Below, piece by piece: positions 1-12,253 of a stretch of 22,861 nucleotides of DNA. The stretch comes from Bugula neritina (lineage: Eukaryota; Animalia; Bryozoa). The stretch is from NCBI GenBank assembly GCA_964035545.1, contig CAXIUT010000181.1, positions 56,509 to 79,369 on the forward strand. Reading direction: 5' to 3'. The notes under the pieces were generated by a model, which was not told the DNA's origin, searched no databases, and saw only the letters and a list, made by a program, of their open reading frames with translations. A program made the translations under genes and the position numbers. Position 1 is the stretch's first letter. Every line of letters begins with the position of its first letter.

Positions 1-80
1 CCAACCCCAACCCCAACCCCAACCCCAACCCCAACCCCAACCCCAACCCCAACCCCAACCCCAACCCCAACCCCAACCCC
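1..80 (+). repeat. Left terminal telomere (CCCCAA)n
   Basis: Perfect C4A2 array from base 1 to 80, the Tetrahymena-type (oligohymenophorean) telomere repeat, in the correct polarity for a left end. Confidence 0.98.
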
Positions 81-299
81 ATATTCATGATATTCGTTAG
101 TATAAAACTATTAATCTAAATCGTATATTAATCGATTTATTGTTTAGAATAAAACAGTTTCTTGTTTAAATAAGAACTATTATCCAAATATATTTTCATA
201 TTAAATATTGTTAAAAGTTGCTAATTGCTTCAATAACTAATTATTTGCTAAGATAAAATAGATAAATAAACAATATTTGCTAGATAACCATTTAGATAA

Positions 300-977
300 T
301 CATCTCTTTCCACCTTGTCTCGAGGTTGCTGTCAATCTTTTCATATTTTGAGGATACTTTCTGCAAAAATCTTTCCAGTCATTCATGAGATCCAAATCTC
401 CTGACATTCTTTCTAGTGTTGCTCTAAAAGAAGAATTCTTGGATGGTGAAGATTTCTCCTTTCTGATTTTGCCTGAACTGCTTCTCATCAATGCCTCCAT
501 CTTTTCTTCTACATCTCTACTACTTTTGGATCCTTCAAATAAAGAAGATGGTTGTTGACTCAATGACTTCTTTGAACTGTTTGATTGCTTTTTTTTCTCT
601 AGTTTCCTAAAGCTTCTTGTCCTTTATTTGCTCCTTCTTTTGTGACCTTTGGATTAGTCTCCTAAAGAGTGTTACAAATTGCCATATTGGCCCACTCTGA
701 AGTTCTCTTGAATGTCTCTCCATTCTTCTTCCTTTCTCTTCTCAACTGTGCCAATTTGTTACCTTCTTTCTCTTAACTGACGATAGATATTGGATGTTTT
801 CTTCAGGAATTAGTAAGAGACAGATTGATATTGCAATAGTTCATCAGCTGAGAGGTCATTAGGAACATTGAGATAGTTGTAGAACTCTTCAGGAAGTTCC
901 TTCTTTCTGATGATGTCCTTTAGCAAAGTCGAGACAATGGCTACTCTTCTTTCGGCTTCAGGTCTTCTCGCACGCAT
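300..977 (-). CDS. Hypothetical charged protein, about 225 aa (MRARRPEAERRVAIVSTLL...), single exon
   Basis: Continuous ATG(977) to TGA(300-302) frame when TAA/TAG are read as Glu. It contains the supplied ORF 300..563. No family recognised. Confidence 0.8.
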
Positions 978-1195
978 TTATAACACACTAAGTTATTATT
1001 GACTTATCGATGTAATAGTAGTAGATAAATCCATTAGTTTGGCTACAATAAATAAAATTATCATCTAATCAATATCTCCATTCAAAAATAAAATCAATAC
1101 TCAACTATTTGATATAATAAGAATGTTTCAGATTTTATTATTTAAGTTGGTAATAATAGTTTGATTCTATATTTTAATATTTGTTATCATAATCA

Positions 1196-2497
1196 ATGAA
1201 GATGGTCAGTTGGCTCTGGAAAAAGGGCGACAAAAAAGAATAGTAAGAAGTCAACTAATAATAACTCAAAAAGAAAGGATTCTCTCCAGAAGAAGTATAA
1301 GTAGAAGAAGTTGACCAAGACAAACTCCTCAACTTCGATAAAGATTACGAAGGCTTCATCTCACCCACTCCTGAAGAAGCACAGCAACTCATTTCTGCAT
1401 TCAAGTACCTTCCTAATCAATTTAGATTCTTCCCGAACGATGACTAACATCGACATCCATCTGCATACCCCAAAGGAGGAAAAATTTGCGCAGATCAAAT
1501 TCAAGTAAACAAGATCCGTTCTATTGGAAAAGAAATGATAAAGATCGTAGGAAGAAGCTGATAAGTGGAGATCTGAATCTAACTAGAATCTCTTTCCCAA
1601 TCAAGGTGATGGTTCCTAAAACTGCTCTCGAAAATTCAACTATGTCATGCTGTATGAATCCCTACTTCATGAAACTAGGATCATAGGCTAAAGATCCACT
1701 CGAACGCTTCAAATATGTCATCACCAACACCATCTCTGCATTCTACTACCTCACCATGTTTTTAAAACCAGTATAACTGACACTATTCAGCTCAATCCAG
1801 TCATCGGATAGACTCTACAAGGTAGCTATCCTGATGGAACTCAGATCTACTGCGAACAGATCGCTCATCATCCACCTATCAGCTACTTTTTGTGTGTAGG
1901 ACCATAGAATAACTACAGATACTATGGATGCTATAACTTTTCAGCTCATGCAGGACTCAATTCCATGCAACTAGTTAACAAAGGATACAAAGTTTATTAA
2001 TTTGCCAATGGAGATAAAATTGATGTGACTTTTAGCAAATAGACTTATGCTGGAGTGTTTTTGGGTACTCTCAGGTCAGAAGTAGTCGATACTATCGTTT
2101 TTACTGATAAAAAACACGACCTTAAAGCATAGATAACCTTTGGAAAAATGAAGAAAAAGTATTTAAACCTATATATAGACCTACAGACTACTTTTAATCA
2201 GCTATCTTCTGCAAAAATAAATCAGTTTGTACTATATCTGGAACCTATTGTGGATTCATTGACTTCAATAACGTTAGATACTGGGATGGACGCTACCTTA
2301 AACCCTTCAGAGTATTATAAATAATTATTTAGATCAACTTGTTATAGAACTGTTTGGGATCAGATTTCAGGAAAAGAGATGATTTGCAACTACTGAAACA
2401 AGGAAAGATGGAAGAAGCCCAAAAGAATAAAGAAGAAATATAAGAAAAGCAAAGGAAAGACGTAAAACTAAGATAAAAATATGGTCCTAAAAAATGA
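1196..2497 (+). CDS. Oxysterol-binding protein (OSBP/ORP family), 3 introns, one apparent 1-nt frameshift near 1550
   Basis: Motifs DLNLTRISFP, DPLERFKYV, KPLNPVIGETL, YCEQIAHHPPIS, SDFRKRDDL and EEAQKNKEEIEEKQR. Introns 1771-1790, 2159-2178, 2312-2332. Start ATG at 1196 or 1202, stop TGA 2495-2497. Confidence 0.92.
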
Positions 2498-2703
2498 TTT
2501 CTTCTATTCATTCTCGACTACTTTATTCTAACTAGCTATTTTTACTTATTCAAATAAAAATATTCATCATTTATCTCTTTACTTGAACTATCAAATGTAT
2601 TCTTTAACTTCACGATAGTAATTCTAAAGTTTAATAAACCAACTTGTTTCTTTTTATTATCAATATTAAAACCAAATAATTATGAATATTTGTCCATGAT
2701 CAA

Positions 2704-3199
2704 TCACTGCGATGTCAGAATAAGTGACACAATAAGTCCGTACAAAGCCAAAGCTTCTCCAAAAATCAAAATCAAAATCATTCCCACAAAAATCTTATCT
2801 TGTTGAGCATTTGCCCTCACACCTGCATCACCAACAATCCCAATTGCCAACCCAGCCGCCTGCATAAATACTGATGTACCAGTGAGCTGAATCCGCAGCA
2901 CAGTCCTGAAGCCAAATGGGCATAAGCTGACTTATCAGTATAGTCAGTGCCAACTAAATCGTTTAGAAAGTACTTCTTTGGACAATGATGACAGCAACAA
3001 TCATTCCGTAGATACCCAAGATACCAGCCATGACGACTGGTACGACTGACTTCATGATGAGTTCTGGTTTAAGGACTCCCATAGAACAGATTCCGACTCC
3101 TGCTTTGGCGGATCCGTAGGCAGCTCCGAGGTTAGCGAAGACGAGGGCAGATGCGACACCGATGTATCCGAAGAAATATTGAGAACCTTACTCAGCCAT
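2704..3199 (-). CDS. VMA3: V-type H+-ATPase 16 kDa proteolipid subunit c, 151 aa, 2 introns
   Basis: [29 protein letters not shown]...[18 protein letters not shown]...[47 protein letters not shown]. Two 20-nt introns (2954-2973, 2860-2879) restore the frame. Confidence 0.97.
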
Positions 3200-3527
3200 T
3201 GTGGATATGAATTATTATGGATTGAATTAATGAAAATATCAAACTTCATCTTAACATCACTATATCATAATATCATAAAAGTTCAATAAAGATTAAAGGA
3301 TTGAACTACGAGCAAAAGAGAATAAATAGCTTTTTCTGTTAAGGTCTGGCAGACAATAGAATAATCTAACGAGTCATACTTCTTACAACTGTTGAAACCT
3401 TTATATTGATAGAGAACCATGAAGAAATAATACACCATCAACACTTATCAAGTTGATAAACTGCATCTAAGAACTCTAATAACATGTCAGTCAATCAAGT
3501 ATTGATAAAATGAAGGATATCGATCAC

Positions 3528-4475
3528 TCACAACTATGAATAGTAGACAAAAGAACAAATTCCACATAAATTACCTCCCTTACGACTTCTATCCACCCGA
3601 ATATATCCGTTCTCTCCCCACTACCTTCCCCAAGAATTCTTGGCGATCCACAAACTGCTCCCATTCCCGAAACTCCTCACTCCCACCACCTGCACACCAT
3701 GATTCAACCTATTCCCACTCCCACAATTAGTCAGCACTCCATTACTATAAAACTGCCAATAAAAATTAGCTCCATCCAACGACACAGACACAGGTCTCTT
3801 CATCACCATTCGACTCAAATACTCACAACTGTTTCCATTATAAGCCTGGTATGATTTTATTTTGTATCCTTTTGTGGGTTCTTTGCAAGTCTACTTACGA
3901 CCAACATAAGGATAGTCAATTTGCTAGGCAATAGATTTGCTTTTCACATAATCAAAAGCATACCCATAAAAACCATTCTCACATCCATTGTTGCCATACC
4001 CTCCTGAACAGTCGATAAGTTGCTGCTACGATAGTTGGACATTTCTGCCAGCAAAAAGATAAGAGGTCTAAATATCTGCAGTAGCTATAAATGCATAGCA
4101 TGAATTGCATCGACCTCCTTGGTTCTTAACTGCACTCACCTTCCCCTTCTATCTCCAATCAACTGATACAGATATAGGCTAGTAGATGGCACCAATCAAT
4201 GGAAGTTCATCTCTTTGATCTTTTTTGATAGAATTCAATCCAGCTGATCCAAAGGTTTCCTAGAACTCATCTTGCTGATATTCAATGAATTGGTTGGCAG
4301 ACAATTGAAACGAGGAATGTTCAGAATTATGATCTTTTATTTTTTGAAGGTTAGCTTGTCGAACCAGTTCACGGTAGATCGACTGTTCTGAGAGAGTATG
4401 AAGACGGACTAAAGAGGAGTTTGAAGTCAGAATAAGGGCAATCAAGACAACTAGATTTGAATGATATAGATTCAT
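3528..4475 (-). CDS. Papain-family (C1A) cathepsin L-like cysteine protease precursor, 315 aa, intronless
   Basis: Hydrophobic signal peptide, propeptide, VDWREKG, VKNQGGRCNSCYAF (catalytic Cys), LSEQQLIDCS, LNHGV (His), KNSWG (Asn). Joins supplied ORFs 4260..4475 and 3621..3818 in one frame. Confidence 0.95.
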
Positions 4476-4587
4476 ATATTATAATACTAGTAAGCATTTT
4501 GGATTATATTTATAGTCTAGCTCATACATATTATTAACGGTAATTTATAGATATTAAAGTAGATCAATTAATTAATCTTCAACCACA

Positions 4588-6360
4588 TCATTTATCAGAA
4601 GATGAAGAATATTTTAGCTACAGAAACTGGCTGTCTGTACCTCTTTCTCTCCTCTACCTCCTCTACGTCCTCTACATCTTCTACCTCTTCTATCTCTTCT
4701 ACTACTTCGATATCACATCACTTTTTAATTCTTCAGATCCAATATACTAAACTTCCATTAATTACTATCCTCCTTTCTTCTTATTATCCTATTTAACTAC
4801 CTTACTCTTAAAACTTTTAAATCCTCCACTATTGAGCTATCTATCACTGCCATCTCGAACACTTTCAGAATTTTATTCTTGATTATTCTTTGTTTTACTT
4901 TCCTCCTCAAAAACAATTTCTTGTTTAGATATACTACTTTCCAAACAACTATCTTTCCTTTCCATCGAACACACCTAGCTTGCCTAAAATCTACATTTAT
5001 CTTTTTACCTTGACTTTTTAGACTATTCTATAGTAGGTTTCTTCTTCATATTTTATACATCCAAACTAACATCTTTAGATAGTAATTGTTAGATGGCTAT
5101 ATCTAAGAAGGTTATTTTTTTTATTAAATAACCGACATCTATTTTCATCATCAACTACTAACTACAATCTACATATTTTTGTGTTTTCTACCAAGACACC
5201 TAGAAGTCAACATAGCCCAATCCTTTCTTCACCAGCATCAAAAAGTAATACCCAATATTAAAAGATCTGGATTAAATTTATTTTTTATCATTGTCTATTA
5301 AGATTTTACTAGCCAGACTAATTTAATAAGCTTTTTCAGTATAAAAACTCATCATAAATATCAAACCAATAATCGTACCTATCAGTCCCCCAACATAAGA
5401 TAAATATACATCCACCTTGCTAAACCCACGAATATATGTTATTTTGCCAGGAGATTTCCTGAATATCACCTCTGCCAAATTGCTACTAATCACATCAGAG
5501 GATAAATAACTCGATACAGTAAATAGTTGAGGAATTTGAGGGAGTTTTTAGATTTATACATCAGAAAAAGGCATAATAGTAGTATCTGTTTCAATAGTAG
5601 CCTATCTGATATCAGCAGCAGCCCGAATGCCTGATTTGGATGTGAAAACAAACCGATTTCTATCCTATAAATTAACAGTAGTATAGTTACTACTACCAGC
5701 ATTGATCACACTATCGACAAATAAAATGTTCAACTGGAAATACCCCATCTGCTTCTCTAAAGCAGAAAAACTAGCATCATCCAGACAAGTCGCATCAGCT
5801 GCATTGCACCTTCTCAGCGATAGTTTTAGATGAGCATAGAGGTCAGAAGTTGGTCTGCCGAGTATGCTAAACTCATGCTAGAGCGGAGGACATAGACTCT
5901 GATGGAACTTCAATTTTTAAAATGAGGAGTTTAGCTATTGATTAAATGATATATGCTACTGTGTGCATGGTACTAGTGGAATATTGGTGGTATTTTGTGT
6001 GACATATCCTTGTTTGTACTATTGAATCAACTAGATGTCGAACAATCTGGGTGTGGTAGTGAGATCGATATCCCAGACCATGACGCTGAACATAAATTTA
6101 CCTTACGGACTTGTTTTTAAAGTCATTTCTGAAGGTGTTACTTCGCATTCTGTGTAGGAGTTGGTGGTTATGATTTATTTTTGAACTATTTTTAAACCCA
6201 TACTTGAAAACAATATCACGAATATAACAATGACAGCCATCGAAATCATACCTCCAGTTGCTGTAGTATATTATGCCTATCCGTTGTAGCGAAAGAACTT
6301 GCTGCTTGGAAACAAATCCACTGCTCTGAAAAACTTCAAGCAATAAGACAAACAAACCAT
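4588..6360 (-). CDS. Ciliate-type transmembrane protein (paralog A), about 590 aa
   Basis: MVCLSYCLKFFRAVDLFPSSKFFRYNGEAEYTTATGGMISMAVIVIF (first TM), later SYVGGLIGTIIGLIFMM (second TM), then an E/R/K-rich tail. ATG 6360 and TGA 4588-4590 are in the same frame. Confidence 0.85.
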
Positions 6361-6386
6361 CTCAGATCCAGTCAATAATTATTATT

Positions 6387-6559
6387 TTATTATCCAAAAT
6401 TAACATCCTTATCATCCAACATTAACATCCTTATCATCCAACATTAACATCCTTATCATCCAACATTAACATCCTTATCATCCAAAATCAACATCCTTAT
6501 CATCCAACATTAACATCCTTATCATCCAACATTAACATCCTTATCATCCAAAATTAACA
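6387..6559 (+). repeat. Minisatellite, 22-bp unit TTATCATCCAACATTAACATCC, about 7.9 copies
   Basis: Units start at 6387, 6409, 6431, 6453, 6475, 6497, 6519 and 6541 (partial), with only a few substitutions. Confidence 0.97.
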
Positions 6560-6724
6560 GAATATACTACAATTCATTGCAACTCATTCATAAACTCATT
6601 CATCTTTATTTTGACTACTATTGATCAAATTGATAATATTGATTATATTGATTAATAGATGAAAAGGATGTTAAAATATCTAGATTATTGTTTACAACAT
6701 TATTTAAATAATTTGAATAGGAAA

Positions 6725-8557
6725 ATGCCATCAGTACTACAATGTCTGCACAAAATGCTGAGGACAGTCGATCTCTTTCCCAACAGCAAACTTCTCCGCT
6801 ACAACGGATAAAGTTAATACACCACATCCACGGGAGGACTCATCTCCACTGGAGTCATAATCATCTTGTTCATCCTGTTCGCTAGCATGGGAATCAAAAC
6901 AGCTAAAAAATAAATAATCAACTCGTCCACATCCATTCAAAGTGAAGACTAACCTTCAGAACTCAAACTCAAAAGCTCAGCTGATAACGGATTCATGTTC
7001 ACCATCTTCATGCCAGGACTCAACCTCTCACAAACCAAAATATTCAACTTCACACTCACACAATACTTCTTCTCTACCGGCTTCGTCCTTCACAACCAAA
7101 CCAACATCCCTCTTTAACAGTGCACATAGCAACACTATGGCGCCACCTCATCCTTAAAAAATCAATTTCACAAATTAGGCGTCAGTTCAGGTCTATGCCC
7201 TCCCATAGGCCAATAATTCTCATTGATAGGTAAGGTCTCATCTGATCTATACGGACAATTCAAAATATCAGTTACAAAATGTGACCAAGCAGTCGATCCA
7301 ACTTGTCTTAATGATTCACAGATATCAGCACTGCAATCATCAGTCGGACAGTTCCAAATAGCTATCCCTATTATTAATGCCAACATCAATCCAGGTAACA
7401 GTTAGTATAAAACATATTATTTATAGGATTAAAATCATTTCTTTTTTACTACTAGCTTTGGAATCAGTGCATCGATTGATATTCAAAATAACTAGGTTTA
7501 GACTGATATCAGTTTGATGCCCTTTACCAATTTAGTGAAATAGAGTGTGATTAGTGTTCCTAATACGGCTAGAAGTTCAAATTATCAAAATACAGGTTCA
7601 TAGTATTTTTAGTTTATTTTTAAAAAATCACCTAAAATAACTAAATACACCAGAACCTTCAACAAAATAGACGCCTACTTCTCATACGTGGGAGGACTAG
7701 TTGGCACTATCATAGGCCTAATGTTCATCATGAGCAACTACACATAAAAAGCATATTAGATAAGTCTAGCTAATAAAATACTCCTAGATAAAAATAAATA
7801 ATAAATACCCTCCAAATACTTCAACTTGGGTTATTATATTGCCACAATCTTTTATTCTGTTTTAGACATATTTAAAATAAATACTAATTGGCCCACAACA
7901 AAGACATTTATTGAGGCGAGCTAGTAGATATCTAATCAGATGGATATCACCTATATAATAAGAAAGTTGCTGTTTTTAGATGCAGTGGTATAAAAAATAA
8001 TATAAAAACATTAAATATAATGCATATGTTTAAGATAAAAACCCACCATTGATAAATGTAAGTCTTTTAGAAGAAAACACTTTGGACTGGAAGTTATCAA
8101 TAGCAATAACATTAATAAATAAAATTATATCAGTGATAATCTACTATCCTAAAACCTATCTCCAAAACATTTAATTACCAATAATAAAGTGGCTAATTCG
8201 ATATTAAACCAATAACTATCAAATAGCAATAATAACAATGAAGATGGGAAGTCAAATAATTAGGACAAAAATAAATATACAAAAGAATAGAATGAGGATG
8301 TTAGTGCTATGCAATTTAGCTAGAGAGAATAAGATTATTATGATTTCAAGGAGGCTGTTAATAAATTGGTATAGTAGTCAAAACAAGGTAAAACTATCAG
8401 TAAAAATATCATATCAGATATCGATCCTTCAGTCATATAAAAATTAGGACTAGAAATTAACAGTGATAGATAGAAGATAAAAAGGCAATAGATATAGAAA
8501 TTGAATGAGAAATAAATCTAGTTGGAAATAGTAGATGTTTAATAAAATTCATAATGA
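6725..8557 (+). CDS. Ciliate-type transmembrane protein (paralog B), about 610 aa
   Basis: MPSVLQCLHKMLRTVDLFPNSKLLRYNGESEYTTSTGGLISTGVIIILF and FSYVGGLVGTIIGLMFIM, clearly homologous to the 4588-6360 gene. ATG 6725 and TGA 8555-8557 are in frame. Confidence 0.85.
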
Positions 8558-8693
8558 TCGTCATTTATTATAAACTATTATATCATCTAAAAGTCTTATA
8601 CTTTCTATGAATAATCACAAAAGAATGGTATTTTATAATGAGCTTATAATATTGACACTAATTATTTAATCTTTGACTATCGAATAAATCATA

Positions 8694-9995
8694 ATGTAAG
8701 ACGACTACTAGGTGGTAATAATCGGAGCAGGAATAGCGGGTCTAGCTGCCTCTAGAATTTTTACCCAACATAAAATACCTCACCTGATGCTATAGAGCAG
8801 AGATAGAATAGGAGGTAGAATTTGCAATTCAGAACTAGATGGAGCCATAGTTTAACTAGGAGCCAGCTTTGTTCATAGTCCAGACAAAAACAACCTCATA
8901 ACTGAGCTGATTAAATAAAAAAACATATCAACCATCCCAGCCAACTATCATCTAGAACACCATTACTACTAAAACGAAGGTCCTCTCGACTGCAAATGGA
9001 TAGATAAAGCCTACACTCTCCATCACCACTTCAAAACATACATCAAAAAGCATCTATAAACCCACTAAGATTGCTCCTTATAGTTCATCATGGACGAATA
9101 CCTCTCCCTTAAAGAAAAACCCAACCAGCAAATCGCCAACATGTTCGATTTCATCATGAGAATATATGGTAATATCGAAGGAGCAGAACTCGATCAACTG
9201 TCAGCCAAAGATTATCTAGAATATTAGGTATAAAGTTAAAATGACTGCATGGTAGTTGGAGGGTATCAAAGGATTGTTTAATAAATTTATAAATAATGCT
9301 AGCCTATACTCCATCTCAAACATAAGGTATAGAGTATCAACTACTAGCATTAGATGATTAAAATAATAGCCAATGGAAAATAATTTAAAACTAAATGGCT
9401 ACTATCTAGTCTACCTTTAGGCCTTCTCCAGCAAGAAACAGTCTAATTTATCCCTCCTCTTCCCTCATAGTATAAAAAATCTATTCATTCTCTAGGCAAC
9501 GGAATAGCGAACAAACTATTTATAAGTTTTTAGGAACCTTTTTGGGGTAAGAAAAAAGGATGGTTAAATTTTATAAGCAAACAAAAAAACAACAAATATC
9601 CCGTCGCACTAATCCTACCAGAACCAAACAAACACATCTTATGCGTTTTTATATCAGGCAAATTCAGTGAATAAATAAGTGAATGGCAATAATAACAAGT
9701 AATAAAAGACTATTTGCTATTTCTATATAAATACATAAACAAAGACATCAAAATAATCGACTATAAAATAACCAACTGGCACAAACAAACCGACAACCTA
9801 GGATCCTACTCGTTTTGCAAAGTCCAAGGAAATCATAAATCTAGTTGCAACATCTTGCAGTAGCCTATAAATCAACAACTGTGGATGATTGGATAGCATG
9901 TACATGATGAAGCCAATGGATGCGTACACGGAGCTTATTAAACTGGAATCAAAGCTGCTAGGACAATCGTGAAAATCATTCAAAATATTATTTGA
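8694..9995 (+). CDS. Flavin-containing amine oxidase (MAO/PAO/LSD1-like family), 433 aa
   Basis: VVIIGAGIAGLAA (FAD-binding GxGxxG), LESRDRIGGRI, VELGASFVH, LGNGIANKLFISFEEPFW, GSYS, IGEH...GCVHGAYETG. Confidence 0.95.
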
Positions 9996-10105
9996 TCTGC
10001 TAGAAATGTCTATAATAGATATATTTGACAGTTATCAATGTAGTGTCCTTTGTTATTCTTTATTTAAAACCATAAAAGTTATTAAATTTGATTGTTCAGG
10101 CATAA

Positions 10106-10120
10106 CCCAACCCCAACCCC
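10106..10120 (+). repeat. Short internal telomeric tract CCCAACCCCAACCCC
   Basis: 15 nt of exact C4A2 repeat in an otherwise very AT-rich spacer between two convergent genes. Confidence 0.75.
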
Positions 10121-10216
10121 TTGCTTTTAGAATAATATAGAATCTATATACATTCAAAAATAGTACAAAAAACATAACTAATAAATATGTCATCTATAAT
10201 ACCATTTACTATCATA

Positions 10217-11617
10217 TCACAATATCTTTTTCTCCTTCCCATCCTTCCCATCTTTACTAGTATGCTTGTATTTATCAACTTTCTTCAACATATCAGGCAA
10301 ATACTCTAAATAAGGTGAATTCCCAGTCAAATGCAAATTTCTTTTATTTCTTTTCCGCCCAGCAGCTCTTCTTCTCTCCCTCACCCTCGAATCCTCTAAA
10401 TAAAACTCTCCTGATGGCAAATTCTCAATCTCATTGAAAGGGTCATCCTTCAATATCAATATATCATCACACTATTTCTTCTACCTGAAATCAATAGTTG
10501 TCCCCTTCTGCCCAGAATAACTAAAATCTTTGTTTTATTTATTTCTTAGCCTTTTAGTATAAAAACCACTTACTCCTTCAGAATTGTCGAACATTTACTT
10601 CTCTACAGTAGTTAGTTGTAACTCTTATATTCCCTATTCACCTGTTGGTTGCAAGTTAATCAAATTCAAATAATTTTGTCTTTCTGCACTAAGCACTCCT
10701 TTAGGAATACGAGATGGAGTCGCACCGACTCTTTTCAAAGGAGAGCTAGCCTCTCTTTCCAATTTCCTCCTCTCCTCCTATTTCTATATGATAAAAGCCT
10801 ATATTTCCTAAGAACACAATAGATGCACAAAGCTGCCTTCTTGATTCTGTACTTCGCCAACACTGATAACAATTTTACAACCAACCCACAGACACAAGCC
10901 AACTACAACTCTCACACCAAACTGATCAATAGCCACAATACTCAACAATGATATAATATTAAGTTATCCAGAATTGCTAATCGAAGTGCTAAGTACCATA
11001 ACAGTTTGCAACATCATTACTATAGCAATAAACATAAAAATAGTTATAAATGATAACTACACTATACATCTTGGCGCCTTCTTATTAGATTTATTTGATA
11101 GCGATGATTACAGTGATTTTACTACTATAGTTGGCTGGTTACTAGCAGCAGGTTATATCTATAACTATGATTATGGCTGGTTCATAACATCCTGCTTATT
11201 CTCTACCTTGTTTTCAATACTCTATCGAGAACAGCTCTACCACTTCTTCACCAAAACCTACCAAACCACAAAAGAGACTACCATCAGTACTGCACTAAGA
11301 GCAACTGGCCAGATAATGACATGATTGATTTTCAAACAAGCAACACCATAAGTAGCAATAAACAAAAACTACTTCATCAAATATTTTTTATCATCCATTG
11401 TTGTAGTTCCCAATAGCGTGTACTTCTTGAGATATGAGATCGCTACCATTTTGTCAAAATTTATATCAGATATCTGTGTTGGTTTAGTATTAGTAGTTGA
11501 AGTTATTCTTTTGAAAGGTTTTTGTGATTTTTTGAAGATATAGAGCAAACAACCTGAAAAGATTAGATATATTGTAGCTATTATGATATTCAGAGGCATT
11601 ACATCGAATTTTATCAT
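10217..11617 (-). CDS. Hypothetical multi-pass membrane protein, about 466 aa
   Basis: Supplied ORFs 11369..11617 and 10217..10459 are in the same frame and join when TAR is read as Glu. Several hydrophobic segments, basic C-terminus, TGA stop. Confidence 0.8.
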
Positions 11618-11760
11618 TTAACGAATTAGTTATTATATTTAGATTCTATATACTAAATTATCATAAACAAACTATCAAACAAAAACCATCTCTTCATCAT
11701 ATTAAATTAGTTATCTACAAGAATAAGATAGTGCATATTTGTCATTTTGGTGATAATAAA

Positions 11761-12241
11761 ATGATAAATATCGAATACCACCCATCAACATTTGTCAAAC
11801 TTTTGCTATTAATCTCCTAAATAACACCATGAAAATAAACATCTCAGCCAGAAAAAAGATAATTTAAAGGTATTGACCTTTATTTTTAGATCTAGACATC
11901 AAAAATAACCAAAAAATCATACATACATTTGAAGAATATCTATATAATAAAACATAAATCACTGTCAAAACTGGTCTACTCATCATGATAGAAGACAATA
12001 GTTAGTTTCTAATGATCTAGTAATAAAAAAAACAATAAAAAAAAGTAGAATAGTCATAGCAATTCCTTCAAATAGTATACTAACAATAACTTAAAAACAA
12101 AATAAACCATGATCTCTACCTTAACTCAATGCATGCTAACTCCCATTAACAATAAAGCCAACATTTATGAAATAAAATTAGGAAAGAAGACTATTGGTAT
12201 ACTAGTATTTTAATAGTTATAGATAGATAGTACAGTAATGA
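11761..12241 (+). other. Unresolved spliced locus (possible gene, pseudogene or spliced ncRNA)
   Basis: Three 20-nt GT...AG segments typical of this genome's introns (11870-11889, 12001-12020, 12197-12216), but I found no TGA-free spliced frame. Confidence 0.3.
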
Positions 12242-12253
12242 CTGCTTAGATTA

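Noticed and set aside
2635-2649. TAAACCAACTTGTTT resembling the Tetrahymena chromosome breakage sequence (TAAACCAACCTCTTT)
   Set aside because: Two mismatches in conserved C positions, no telomere nearby, and a functional Cbs would be eliminated from the macronucleus.
6387-6559. Regular repeats as a CRISPR array
   Set aside because: Contiguous tandem units with no unique spacers, eukaryotic context, and no cas genes.
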